A stretch of DNA of 63,656 nt, counting the filler, from Octopus bimaculoides (Eukaryota), in NCBI RefSeq assembly GCF_001194135.2. It is 6 parts of 6 records of this genome, joined end to end, with 100 filler letters (N's around TTAATTAATTAA, not from the genome) between each part and the next. Parts side by side here need not be neighbours in the genome. Positions count along the whole stretch, not along the records: positions 1 to 13,716 come from NC_069004.1; positions 13,817 to 39,939 come from NC_068981.1; 4 more parts are not named here. One strand, written 5' to 3'. A program made the position numbers and the translations under genes. Positions 12,160 to 24,444 of the stretch are shown in pieces (positions within the stretch are counted from its first letter, which is position 1; the number at the start of each line of letters is the position of its first letter). The notes under the pieces are model-generated. The model ran no database searches. It was not told the DNA's origin and was given only the letters and a program-made list of their open reading frames with translations.

Positions 12160-13060
12160 ATAGATAGAGATAGAGAGACGGAGATGGGCAGATGGACAGA
12201 CTGATAGACGGTCAGACAGACGAACAAATGGACAGACAGATGGATGGGCAAATGCACAAACATGGAAGGACAGACAGGTGGACAGATGGCCCAATAGATG
12301 GACGATTGAATAGACAGACAGCTGGACAGATGGATGAATGAACAAATAGACAGAGATACAGACAGATGGATAGACAGTAGGAACAATAGAAGAATGGACA
12401 GATGGATGGTCAAACAGATGGATGGAGGGACAGACAGACAGACAAACAAACAGACTGACAGAGAGATAGACATACAGAAACGAATAGACAGACAGACAGA
12501 TACATCTGTGTGAGTGTGTATGTATGTATCTGTGTGTGTATATGAAAAGAAAGATGGGTAGACAAGGGTGGAGAGAAATACACAGTGTACTAGGGCACTG
12601 CATATAGTAAGCTCATTATTATCATTATTATTACAAACTGACAGACAGAAAGACAGAGAGTCAACTAGACAGACAGTTAGGTAGGTAAGTCGACACAAAA
12701 AAAAACAAAAACAGACAAATACATGGACAGGTAGAAGATAAATATACAGAGACAGGTAAATAGACAAAGAGACTGGCAGAAAGATAGGCACATGGATAGA
12801 TAGATAGAAAGAGAAAGAGAGAAATAGAAAGACAAATGTAAATAGATAGAAAGAAAGAAAAAGACATGCAGATAGACAGGGAGATATATAGACATATAGA
12901 CAGATCTGTAGACAAATAGGTAGATAGACAGGCAGATAGATAGATAGATAGATAGACAGACATGGACAAATAGAGTAACAGACAGACAAATGTAGATAGA
13001 TAGACAGAAAGACAGACAGATGTAGATAGATAGACAGAAAGACAGACAGATAGGTGTGGA
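12160..13060. repeat. (GACA/GATA)n-rich intronic simple-repeat field
   Basis: Visible directly. It generates the spurious 389-aa and 187-aa LSVC-rich ORFs. Confidence 0.9.
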
Positions 13061-13257
13061 GTAATAAGAGATGGGATGAAAATATAGGGGAGGACAGAAA
13101 CTTAGGGATGGGGAAATGTTGGAAGGGTAGATGGCAGCAGTGTGTTGTTGGGGATGATGGGGAAGACAAAGGACTGGAAATTGGGTGAAGAGAAGTTGAA
13201 AGGGTTACAGTGAGGAAAACAACTAAAGAACTGACAGACAAATAAAATGTAACTCAC

Positions 13258-13379
13258 CCTCGAATCATAGCAAACGACTCATCGCTGGAGAAGAAAGAAC
13301 TTCCAGCAATATTTGTTACTGTCTCTTTACCTGCATTGATGAGGTCAGCATCTTCTTCACCAGGTAAGGGAAATGGTCC
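13258..13379 (-). CDS. OXCT1: succinyl-CoA:3-ketoacid CoA transferase, most 5' exon found (122 nt, phase 0-2)
   Basis: ctttctctcactag|GGA...CGA GG|gtgagt. Reads [40 protein letters not shown](G) (human [41 protein letters not shown]). Phases are compatible across all five exons. Confidence 0.98.
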
Positions 13380-13502
13380 CTAGTGAGAGAAAGAGAGTAA
13401 AAGAGAGAAATCTCTTTAAAGACAGATGGAAGGCTGGACAGAGGGATGAATGGACAAATAGACAGAAATACAGACAGATGGACAGACAAATGGATAGACA
13501 GT

Positions 13503-13716
13503 AGGGTTCAGTCCCGCTGCGTGGCACCTTGGGCAAGTGTCTTCTACTATAGCCTCGGGCCGACCAAAGCTTTGTGAGCAGATTTGGGCCGACCAAAGCC
13601 TTGTGAGTAGACGGAAACTGAAAGAAGCCCATCGTATATATATGTATATGTGTGTGTGTATGTTTGTGTGTGTGTGTGTATGTTTGTATGTATGTGTTTG
13701 TCCCCCCCCCCCATCA
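13503..13716 (+). mobile_element. SINE family A 5' half
   Basis: B-box-like GGGTTCAGTCCC, then the CORE-like GGCACCTTGGGCAAGTGTCTTCTACTATAGCCTCGGGC. Confidence 0.8.
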
Positions 13717-14481
13717 NNNNNNNNNNNNNNNNNNNNNNNNNNNNNNNNNNNNNNNNNNNNTTAATTAATTAANNNNNNNNNNNNNNNNNNNNNNNNNNNN
13801 NNNNNNNNNNNNNNNNTATATATATATATATATATAAATCATGGATTGGTTACGGTTAGAGTACGTTTGCTCATAGTTCTGTTCAGTTGGGGCTGACCTG
13901 GGATTAAACAGCAATCATCAATACTCATAGTCACCCCTCCCCACCATATACACAGTAACTGATACAGTAACTGTTGATGCTTTCGTTGTTGATGCTGTTG
14001 TTGTTGTTGTTGTTTTCGTCGTCGTCGTCGTCGCTGTTGATGATGATGATGATGACGACGACGCCTATGCCTAGGACGATGGCGGCGATGGTGATGATAA
14101 CTACCGTTAATATTGTTGTTGTTGCTGTTGTTGTTAACTGTGCCAAGTGGGATCCCATCAAACCAAACCCTCCACAATGTGAAGTGATCACCTCACAAGA
14201 CATGACAGCTGCAGTGCCATCAACTTAACTTACCCACAACAACAAACATCTTAATGACATTCTAGTGATATCTCTCTCTTTCTTTGTCTTTCTTCATTGT
14301 TCCTTTTCCTTCTTCATCTCTTTTTTTTCTCTCTCTTTTCTGTTTATATTTCTTCTTTCTTCTTCTTCTTTCCTGCCTGGCTTTTCTTCCCATCCGCCTT
14401 TTTCGTTTCCTTTTTAACCTTCTTTATGCCATCTCTTGTATTCTTCCTTTCCTATCTTCCTATATATCTTATCTGACTGTT

Positions 14482-14512
14482 TATCTATCTATCTATCTAT
14501 CTATTTATCTAT

Positions 14513-14558
<46 letters not shown>

Positions 14559-14761
14559 GTCTGTCTGTCTGTCTGTCTGTCTGCCTGTCTGTCTGTCTAT
14601 CTATCTATCTGTCATCTAATAATCTATTATATAAATATGCGTGTGTATCTGCCTGTCTGTCTGCCTATCTAGATAGCTAGCTAGCTAACTAGCTAGCTAA
14701 CTAGCTAGCTAACTAGCTAGCTAACTAGCTAGCTAACTAGCTAGCTAACTAGCTAGCTAGC

Positions 14762-14833
<72 letters not shown>
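14482..14833. repeat. compound microsatellite (TCTA)n-(TCTG)n ... (CTAGCTAGCTAA)n-(GATA)n
   Basis: Visible directly. Confidence 0.95.
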
Positions 14834-14834
<1 letters not shown>

Positions 14835-15149
14835 TAGCTAGCATAGCTTGCTATCTCAATTTTTTCTTCTTCATTGCTTCTTTTCTTTTCCATATTTCTT
14901 ACAATATTCTCCAGCATTCCTCTTTTTTCGTTTCTCTTCTTTTCGTCTCTTCCTGCCTTCTTTACATTTTTCTTCCTTTCTATATCCTCCATCCTTCCTC
15001 TCCTTGGTGTATCTCTTCTGTTGATTTCTTTCTCTTTATCTGTCTTTGCTTTCTTCTTCCTTTCTTTCTTCTTCCTTTCTTTCTTTCTTTTTTCTTTCTT
15101 CCTTCTTTCTTTGCACTCTTTCTCCCTTCTTTTGCCTCATTTCTTTTAC

Positions 15150-15344
15150 TTCTTCAGTTCATATTCCACTTCTTTTATTCTTTTTGGTCGAACAAATTGT
15201 CACCAGTGCATATTTTTCAGTCTAGCACTTATTCTATCGGCCTCTTTTGTCGAACCGCTATGTTACGAGAACGTAAACAAAAACTCACCAGACGTCAAGC
15301 AGTCAGTCGGAAGACAAAGACACGCACTCATACTTATGTACACA

Positions 15345-15376
<32 letters not shown>

Positions 15377-15500
15377 GATGGATTTCCACACAATTTCTTG
15401 CGATCCAAGCCTAGTAGGAGACACTGACCCAAGGTGACGTGTAGTGAGACTGAACCCGATTCTACGTGGCTGCAAACGTTTTAGCTTACACAGCCACGCC
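15150..15500 (-). mobile_element. SINE family A, diverged near-full copy
   Basis: GCACTTATTCTATCGGCCTCTTTTGTCGAACCGCTA...GACACTGACCCAAGGTGACGTGTAGTGAGACTGAACCC. Confidence 0.7.
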
Positions 15501-15935
15501 TGCGCCAAGCTACTTAACCAATCCTTCCCCCCATTTACTAATTCACTATTCCCTTCTTTCTTCTTGGTTTTCTCTTCTCTCTACTTTTTCCTTCATTTAT
15601 TTCATCATCGTTCCTTCCTTCTTCTTCTTTCTTCCTTTTCATTTTTTTTTAAAGACTTTTGGATTTCTATCTTTTATTCCTCCTCACTCCCACTTCTCTT
15701 CCTTCACTCTTTCTCCGAGCAGCTGTTTCATTCTGTTATTCATTTGTCATTTCATTCATTAACTCTACTATTCCATCGTCTTCCCATTACTCTCTCCCTC
15801 ATTCATTCCTATGCCACAAACCTTTTCTCTGTCTTGTACGTTCTATTTATATACCAACCCCAGTCCCCTTTTCTATATCATAATGATATATTAATACTTC
15901 TCACTGTTTTTACTTACCAATATACATGGACCAAA

Positions 15936-16270
15936 CTGGAGGCGCAATGGCCCAGTGGTTAGGGCAGCGGACTCGCGGTCGTAGGATCGCGGTTTCGATT
16001 CCCAAACCGGGCGTTGTGAGTGTTTATTGAGCGAAAACACCTAAAAGCTCCACGAGGCTCCGGCAGGGGATGGTGTACTCTTTCACCACAACGTTCTCTT
16101 ACTTCCTGTTTCTGTTGTGCCTGTAATCCAAAGGGTCAGCCTTGTCACACTGTGTTACGCTGAATATCCCCGAGAACTACTCAGCCACTTGCATGTTAAT
16201 TTCACGAGCAGGCTGTTCCGTTGATCGGATCAACTGGAACCCTCGACGTCGTAAGCGACGGAGTGCCAAC
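15936..16270 (+). mobile_element. tRNA-derived SINE family D, full length with 12-bp TSD
   Basis: A-box TGGCCCAGTGG, B-box GGTTTCGATTCCC. TSD ACATGGACCAAA at 15924-15935 and 16271-16282. Confidence 0.92.
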
Positions 16271-17029
16271 ACATGGACCAAAATGCCTAGCCCCAGTTTA
16301 TCTTATTGTCACGTGCTATTTTTGTTATATAGCATCCTTCTCCCCCAAGTCAGCCCTTATCAAGCAGATTAGTGATTAAAAATATTCCAGCCGCAACAAT
16401 TATCTTCTTGATCAGTCATAGCGTATCTAGGAGTACATCATTTACTATGTCCTTTCTTTTTTAAGACGATGGAATGAGATTTAAGAAAGATTGGGCTACT
16501 TTCCTAGCCAGTCCAGTGAACGAGCAGAATACTCCTTCGTTGGCCCATACGACCATACAGAAGTTCCTTCGTTAGTTCACGTTCTATACTCCATGTTTGT
16601 ACATTCATGTGTGCAGAAGAGAAGTGTCGCTTGTTTAATTCTTTGATTACTTCCTTTAAAGAAAGAGCTGGGCGATTCTAAGGAACACAAATCCATCATT
16701 GGAATTTAGGCAACAACGACAGTCAGGGCTGAATTGAGAGTTGTCTCTAAGTCACAGAGACCTCCTTATGAAAAAAAAATTTCTCCGGATTGTCTCAAAG
16801 AAATTTAAAACTTATAAAGCTTCTCGTTATTTTGAGGTCCCTAACATGGAGAAATGGCAGAATCATTGGGGTATCGGACCTAATGTTTCACGTTATTCCT
16901 TCTTGCTCTTAACATTCTGTGTTCAAACTTTGTCGTTCATCGCTCCGGGGGTCAATAAAATAAAGTACCAATCTATATTCTCCATCCCACCTCTCCTTGG
17001 TGTATTTCTTCTGTTGATTTCTTTGTTTT

Positions 17030-17061
<32 letters not shown>

Positions 17062-18034
17062 TGTTCCTTCCTTCTTTCCTCTCTTTCCCTCCTCTTTTAC
17101 CACATTTCTTTTACTTGTTATCTATTACACACCTTCTCACAAAAAATTGCTGGCCTTGTGTATAAATCAGAAACCATTATTTTGAAACGCTAAGCTGCAA
17201 TATGTTTAGATGTTTAAGTTAAACCTAAATCATGCATTCGCTTACAATAAATACTTACACGTTGAATTTTAGAAACATTTTGCATTTTTGCACTGTTCTA
17301 CTTACAGATTGGTTGACTGAAAACCCGAGCTTTAGAGAATTTTTATCTATATATTTAATAACATAACCAAGTACAACAATGACTACTGATATAAATTTAT
17401 AATCTGGGTTGAGACTGCATAAGCTTTAGAAGCAGCTGTCCATAAATATTCTCTCTCTCACTAGTTTTGAATATATTCACATCCGCAGGACAGTTGACTT
17501 CCTCAATTATACGCTGTTGTTCTTCAGCCTCAGGTTAACACTGATTGATAAGATCCATAATCATAGACGTTCCAACCGAAACCTTTAAGCGGTGCGTTGT
17601 CCTTGAGCAAAACGCTTCATTTTACATTGTTGCAATCTACTTAACTGAACATGTATACCAGCCTAGTGCTGGTGCAGCCCTTTCTCCCTCCAGCTGTCAC
17701 ATTCTTTTATGTTAGATTTGTCAAGAGTGGGAGGACCGAGTGGATGTCAGTGATTTCTTGCAACAACATAGACATCTAAAACAATAAGTGAGAGCATAAC
17801 ATTTGCTACTATGTCATACTCACATGCAAGAGACGCGTATATTCTCATGGATATGCATTTATATGTTGTCGTTTATAGCAAAAAAAAATTACACCCACGT
17901 GTCTTTTTGCTCCCTGTTAAAACTTTAGAAGGATATATACATGCGCATGCGCACTAACACACACATACACATACATGCACACACACACACACATGCACAC
18001 ATACACACACACACATACACACTCTGAAAACATA

Positions 18035-19660
18035 CAGGCATCCTCTGTATGATACAAGCTGTATTATACAAATTCTGATTACAGAATTCTGGACTTACAA
18101 AAGTTTTAAATTATGTTTAACTACTAAGAGAGTTCGAAAACTCAGATAACTCTAATTTATTTTGAAAACTAAAATTCTAATGGATATTTTTAGAAATAAT
18201 ATATATTTGATGTAAAACTTTACTGTATTCGGCCGTTGCTTTCGTCATTTTTCTGTATTTCTGTCCTTTCAATAAAGTTCGGGACGTCTACAATACGTGG
18301 CAATGAAAATACGTGTCTCAAGTATTTAAGCAGCTACCCCGTTAACTACTCAGGTACTAATTTTTCTAGCATTTCATGTGATGCTTAACATGGAAATGCA
18401 CCTGAGTGTGTGGTTCGACAATGAAACTAAACGTAATGCATCTATAATAACGATGACCATTCAAGCTAAAGCTTGGCTGTATGTTGATTTGGAGATAAAG
18501 GAAGGTGTGAGTTTTTTTATGCAAAACCTTTTCTGGCTTGTAAAAGCTAGTTTGAAAGTTTTAATAGATGTCTTAATTTGCATGACGTTAAAATAGCTAA
18601 TGAAGCTATCAGCACTGGCATAGGATGTCAGCGCTGCTATTAATTATCTTGTGGAAGGCAGCGAGCTAGCAGAGTTGTTAGCGCGCCAGACAAAATACTT
18701 CACCGCATTTCGTCCGTCTTTACGTTCTGAGCTCAAATTGTGCCCAGGTCGACATTGCCTATTCAGGGTTGATAAAATAAGTACCAGTTAAGTACTGTAG
18801 AAGATGTAATTGACCAGGCCCTCCCCCAAAACTTTCTAAAGGATGAAGCGCTAAAGAAAAATATTACTGACAAAAAAAAATCGTTTGACGCTTTTCTTGT
18901 GGAAGGAAATACTGTTGACGGCGTGAAATTAAATCTCCTAAATGTACATCACTCCGGAAACACCAAGGTTTTCAATGGCTACTCTAAATTTATCTGAGAT
19001 TTGGCGGTCCAACAAAAAGATCTGAATAATTATGAACCTCTTCCAAGATGGGCTTACATAATTTTGCCCTGCTCCAGAAAAAAAAAATACAGTACCAGGC
19101 GTAATATTTATAACAAAATATTGCTCGTTTTAAACACTGCACTTAGCCATCCAACGAAGGTAAATTCTCTTATAACGTGAGAATAGAATATCCTCAAGAA
19201 TATAACTTCTTTGCTCCGGTTATAAGTGTAACAGCTAACTTCACTGAGTGTTATTAGAAGAATTTTGAGACGATTCATAAAAGCATTTGATAGAGAGGAT
19301 AAATCTACAGACAGAGGCATCCGGAAAAAGTTTAGCGTTACGGATGCAGTGGATAACATAATCGAATTTTGGGATGAAATAAAACACTCAGTTATGAATG
19401 GTGTTCAGAAAAATATATGATCAAATTATATACTTGAGTTTACACGTTTTCCACCAGGAGAAAATCTGCATCTAATTCTAAAAGATACTGTGACTTCAGC
19501 AAATGATGACGGGTTTAAAGAAGTCATAAAAGTTCATGTGATTGAGTTACAACAGTCCCATAGATAAAGTTTATCGAATTATGCGCTGTGACAGTTAAAA
19601 CAAGAGTGAGCTGCAAGGCAAGAAAACAATATGAAAGCTCAACCCATTCCACTCCAGTTC
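18035..19660 (+). mobile_element. pogo/Tigger-like DNA transposon relic with nested SINE B (~18650-18840)
   Basis: Left end TA|CAGGCATCCTC. CENP-B-type HTH remnant EMHLSVWFDNETKRNASIITMTIQAKAWLYVDL and FESFNRCLNLHDVKI. DDE-region WRSNKK and DAVDNIIEFWDEI. Many stops and frameshifts; the right end is uncertain. Confidence 0.8.
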
Positions 19661-20717
19661 ACTACAAAGAACGTGACTAAAGGGTTGACACTTATTGAGG
19701 ATTATTTTCAGGTCTTTGCAATAGCGTAAATAAAAATTACCTGTCGAAGTTCATAATCAGCTCAGTTCCTACACTGAGTTGTACGGGATAGTATCCATAA
19801 ACGCCAAACAATATGGATAAGTTACATCACCAACACCAAGAAAACCACCACCACCTCCACCACCACTGCTCCCACTACTGCCATCTCCACCACGACGTCA
19901 TCACTTTCTTCATCATTATCATCAGCAGCAGCATCACCATAGTAAAGCAGCAACATCGTTACCACCACCAGTAGTAGTAACAGTATCACCACCACAAACA
20001 ACAACGCCACTAACTCCATCAACACCATCACCATTTTCCTCATCAGCAGTATTATATTTTTTGTTATTGTTTTATCCCTTCATTCATTTATTTACCTAAC
20101 ACAAGTGTCAGCTTAGCAATAGCGATGCAGCTGTGGTCATTCTATGGATAAGCTAGATTTCATCCCTAGGATCGCCAATTTTATTTTGACGTGGAAACCA
20201 TTTAAACCATTTCTGGTTTACATGATCTTTTTTCTTTTTTTTTTTGTTACAGAATGAAAAAAAGAAAAAGAAACTTTTCCATAAAGGTGCAAAATCCTGC
20301 AGTGTATTTAAACTATGTGAAAGATGGAACTTCCTTCACTATCGACAATTTTTCTACAGACACCGAATTTTCTTTTTTTTTTTTTAATCATTTGGTCAGA
20401 AAGGAAGAGTAGTACCCACGATCATTCACATTCCCACCGAGATTGTTGACCCGGAAGGAAGAAGGTATACTCAACCAGGAGACTTCCCTGGACGTTTACA
20501 ACTGAGTCAACTCCACTAAACTTACCCAAAGACCAAATGGTGTGTTAATTAAGACGATGGATTGAGGCGACTGTCCAAGAGGCTACGGTGAGAATTTAAC
20601 TCAAAGTGTGAAGAGCTGGAGTAAAATACCGATGCTCTAACAATTCCAGCAGACTACTGCTTTAGAATGGTGCTTTATCAACCGTGGAAAAATGGAAAGT
20701 AGAGATGGTCAGACGAG

Positions 20718-20757
<40 letters not shown>

Positions 20758-20758
<1 letters not shown>

Positions 20759-20968
20759 GAAGGGGTGCTGAAAAATTCCTGGCCTTAAGGGTATCGCGAA
20801 AGGCCTTGTTGGAGGCCCAAACTTTTGAGGTCTTTTACAGGGCTTAGAAAAACTGAAGGAGCGCTGCAATAAGTATGTGAATCTAAGAGGGGAGTATGTT
20901 GAATAAAAACATAACTGATCCTCCTTATTTTTTTTACCGAAAGCTAGGAATTTTTCAGCACCCCTACG
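20758..20968 (+). mobile_element. mariner-derived MITE (internally deleted)
   Basis: TIRs CGAAGGGGTGCTGAAAAATTCCTGGC / GCTAGGAATTTTTCAGCACCCCTACG, 5' TA. It keeps the transposase C-terminus GLEKLKERCNKYVNLRGEYVE*. Confidence 0.9.
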
Positions 20969-21009
20969 TGTCGGTGCGTATGCGCAAACACGCACACACA
21001 CACACACGC

Positions 21010-21054
<45 letters not shown>

Positions 21055-21262
21055 CACACACTCGCACACACGCACAAACACACGCATGTATATATTTGGA
21101 TGTGTTTATATGTAAGTATATATTCATATATATGTACATATATGTGCATATCTAAATGTATATATATGTACATATATGTGCATATCTAAATGTATATATA
21201 TGTATGTATATGTGTGTGGGGGTGTATGTATGTATGTGTGTGAATGTGTGTGTGTATGTGTA

Positions 21263-21770
21263 AAAAGGCATTCTTTATACCCAACTTAACGTAGATGTTT
21301 CGATAGAGCGCCGAATACTGCGGTTTCGCCTTTGAGATATCCTCTCATACAGACGCATAGTGCATAAAATCACGCATATATGTATATCGTTGGCAGACGA
21401 AAATCGTCTATCATGGGTGCCGGAACTGCCAGGTAACGCGATTTCAACCTACTGTGTCTTTTCAGTGAGAGATGACCGCTCAACGCTAATGATATATAGA
21501 ATGACAGTGACTTTTCAGGTACTAATGTCCCAAATAGCTAGGAGACTTATTAAAAAAATTAATTATTAGCATCAGAAGTAGTATCTATACGAAAAGGCAT
21601 TTTTTTTTACATCTGACTTAACGTAGATGTTTTGTTAGAATGCCGAACACAGCAGTATTCGCCAAGAGTAGTCCTCTTCTATAGACGCATGGTGCATAAA
21701 AGCACTCACACAAACACACACATATATGGGTAATCAGGTGATTTCAACGTACTGCATCTCTTCAGTGGCA
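21263..21770. repeat. diverged tandem duplication, period ~332 bp
   Basis: ACTTAACGTAGATGTTT at 21284 and 21616. AGACGCATA/GGTGCATAAAA and GATTTCAAC...TTCAGTG also recur. Confidence 0.8.
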
Positions 21771-21877
21771 GGTGCCTGCAGTACTTGGCGTTGTAACAAA
21801 ACATCCTCGTTAAGTTGGTATTCAAAGAATGCCGCTTGGTATTAATACTGCTTCTGTTGCTAATAATTTATATATAT

Positions 21878-21920
<43 letters not shown>

Positions 21921-22129
21921 GCAATATCTAATGTCTATTTATATATATTACACGCACGCACACACACATACACCATTTCTCAGAAGATATCTTGAAGTAG
22001 CAGCCCTAAACTCGAAATATTGAAACATAAGGTAATATTAAAGACCATCGACTTGTATAATTTCTTATAACTTGCACTATTTTGACTTTATAATAAGTAT
22101 ATATACATATATATATGTGTGTGTGTGTA

Positions 22130-22197
<68 letters not shown>

Positions 22198-22229
22198 TGT
22201 ATATGTGTGTTTATATATATATATATATA

Positions 22230-22560
22230 TATAATACAAATAATAAATGAGTATATGCATATATACGTACATGTATGTACATACCTACATCTACCTGTAT
22301 ATATAGATGCATATCTGGGTACAGGACGTTGCAAACAAAGCGTAGATAAAAAAATAATAAACGGAGTACAGAAAACACACAGGCAACATAGAGAACATTT
22401 CCTTCATCAGCTGCCACCATTCTAACACTGGGGTTTCGAAGAGTTAGAGCAAGACGCATCGTTAAAATGGCTCTTCCCACGGACCACAAATTAAATTTGT
22501 ACCATGGAGGAATGTAGTGGCGGACAGAAAACAAGACAGGAAAACAAACAAGAAAGGCTA
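22230..22560 (-). repeat. second, inverted copy of the 9701-10080 repeat
   Basis: Reverse-complement alignment. It may extend into the purine-rich stretch up to ~22920. Confidence 0.85.
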
Positions 22561-23000
22561 TACGGCCAGACGTGAAAGAATATGTGTATATTGAACCCTG
22601 TGAAGCAACAAACTGGAAGGAAGCGGGACGAAGTATGTTCATATGCGTGCTTGGCGATAGCCAAGGAAGAAAGGAAATAGGGCTGGACACATGTGACCAG
22701 CGAGGAGTAAGGAGAAAGAGTGGTAGAGGGAGAAAAAAGAGGAGGAAGTAGAAAATAGGTGAGCAACGAGAGACAGGGAGGAAGAGAGAGATATAGTAGT
22801 AACAGAAGGAAAAACGAGAGGGGGAAAGAGAGAGATATAGTGGTAAGAGAAGGAAGAACGAGATGCTGAAAAAGATACAAAGATAGAGTCGCGTCAGGAA
22901 ATATAAAGTTCAAAACTTACTTGCAGAGATGACGCGTGCGTTCGATCATGTAATACAAATAATAAATGAGTATATGCNNNNNNNNNNTATATATATATAT

Positions 23001-23306
23001 ATTATCAACCACATATACTTAACGTACATGCTACGTGTATTTGCTAATAAGCTACGATTTCGCGTGGTGCCCGAACAGGACCGCGATGAATCATTTCGCC
23101 AGTTCACAACTTATATTCATATAGCGTGTAAATTATATGCAGGTATAACCGAACAACGCATACGTAAGAGCTGAGCTATCTCGCCTGTCCTTGACTTTCT
23201 GGGGTTTTAACATCTGGCGCTTTAAGACAGTATTCTCCACCACGCTAAATCACAACCTACCGGCAAATATACCGTTGCTATACGTTAAGTATATGTTGTT
23301 GATAAT
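23001..23306. mobile_element. MITE-like element with 26-bp TIRs
   Basis: ATTATCAACCACATATACTTAACGTA (23001-23026) versus TACGTTAAGTATATGTTGTTGATAAT (23281-23306), 1 mismatch. Confidence 0.75.
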
Positions 23307-23777
23307 GTTTACTACCCTAGCTCTGCTTCTATTTCATATTTGACTATATATATTATACACAAGCCAGATAAAAAGAGGGAGAGAAAAAAGATGGCGAAAA
23401 GCAGAAAAAGAAGTAATGATAGTTTCGATACAATAGGTAACGTTAAATGATAGCATAAACTTTTTCATGTTGCAAAAAGAAAAAAAAATTAATGTATATA
23501 TACATACACACACGCACACTCACACGCATACATACATCTATATATTCATTTGCTTTTAGCATTTGAACAGTGAACATGCTTAGTACGTTGTCGTATACGT
23601 GATGTAGGGATGATGGACTTTTTTCTGAACTCTCAGTCGTTAATGATGGGCGCATGAATTCATTTTCTTATTTACTTTTGAGAAAACTCTGTATGAAAAC
23701 ACTTTTACAAAGCCACACGAAATAAATTTGATTGACAAGCAGTAGTAAACCTTGTTGAATGTTGGAGTATCCTCTAA

Positions 23778-23842
<65 letters not shown>

Positions 23843-24035
23843 GCATGTATGTATGTATGTATGTATGTATATTTGTATGTGTGTATGTATGTATATGCAG
23901 TTAAGTGGAAAACATTTACGAAAATACTAACAAAATAGAAGAGGCTTAGAAAAGTAGAAAATAAATTACTCACACACACATACACGCACGCACACACACA
24001 CACATAACACACACACACACACACATACATATATA

Positions 24036-24072
<37 letters not shown>

Positions 24073-24405
24073 GCTGGTATCTTCCTTACATCATTATTGT
24101 TAACAATGGAAAAACATCTGTGGTAGTCAAGAATAACATCAAAATAATGACAAGTATAAAGGAGTAAAAAAAAAAGCCAATTGTTATACCAGGTGTTATT
24201 TTGATCATTATTAGAGACATATTGGCTGTCATTTGAGCCCGACAGTGAGAAAACTTGTCTAATCTTTTATACATACAAACACAGCTAGTGAGTCAATCTC
24301 AGACCGTCAAATGCATAATCCATGTTGCTCTCTTTATCTCACTTATTTTTCTCCGTCTTCATCATTTCTTCGTTCTCTTTATCTCTTCTTACCTTTATTT
24401 CTCTA

Positions 24406-24444
<39 letters not shown>

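Noticed and set aside
13761-13772. TTAATTAATTAA islands inside N runs (also 39984-39995, 45394-45405, 48952-48963, 61628-61639)
   Set aside because: An identical palindrome with stop codons in all six frames, always centred in gaps. This is an assembly spacer, not biology.
14140-14228. Minus-strand HCGGFGLMG (resembles SCOT N-terminal GGFGLCG) and plus-strand CAKWDPIKPNPPQCE (sushi-like)
   Set aside because: The similarity is limited to a few residues, there are no usable splice sites, the flanks are triplet repeats, and the position is wrong for an N-terminal exon.
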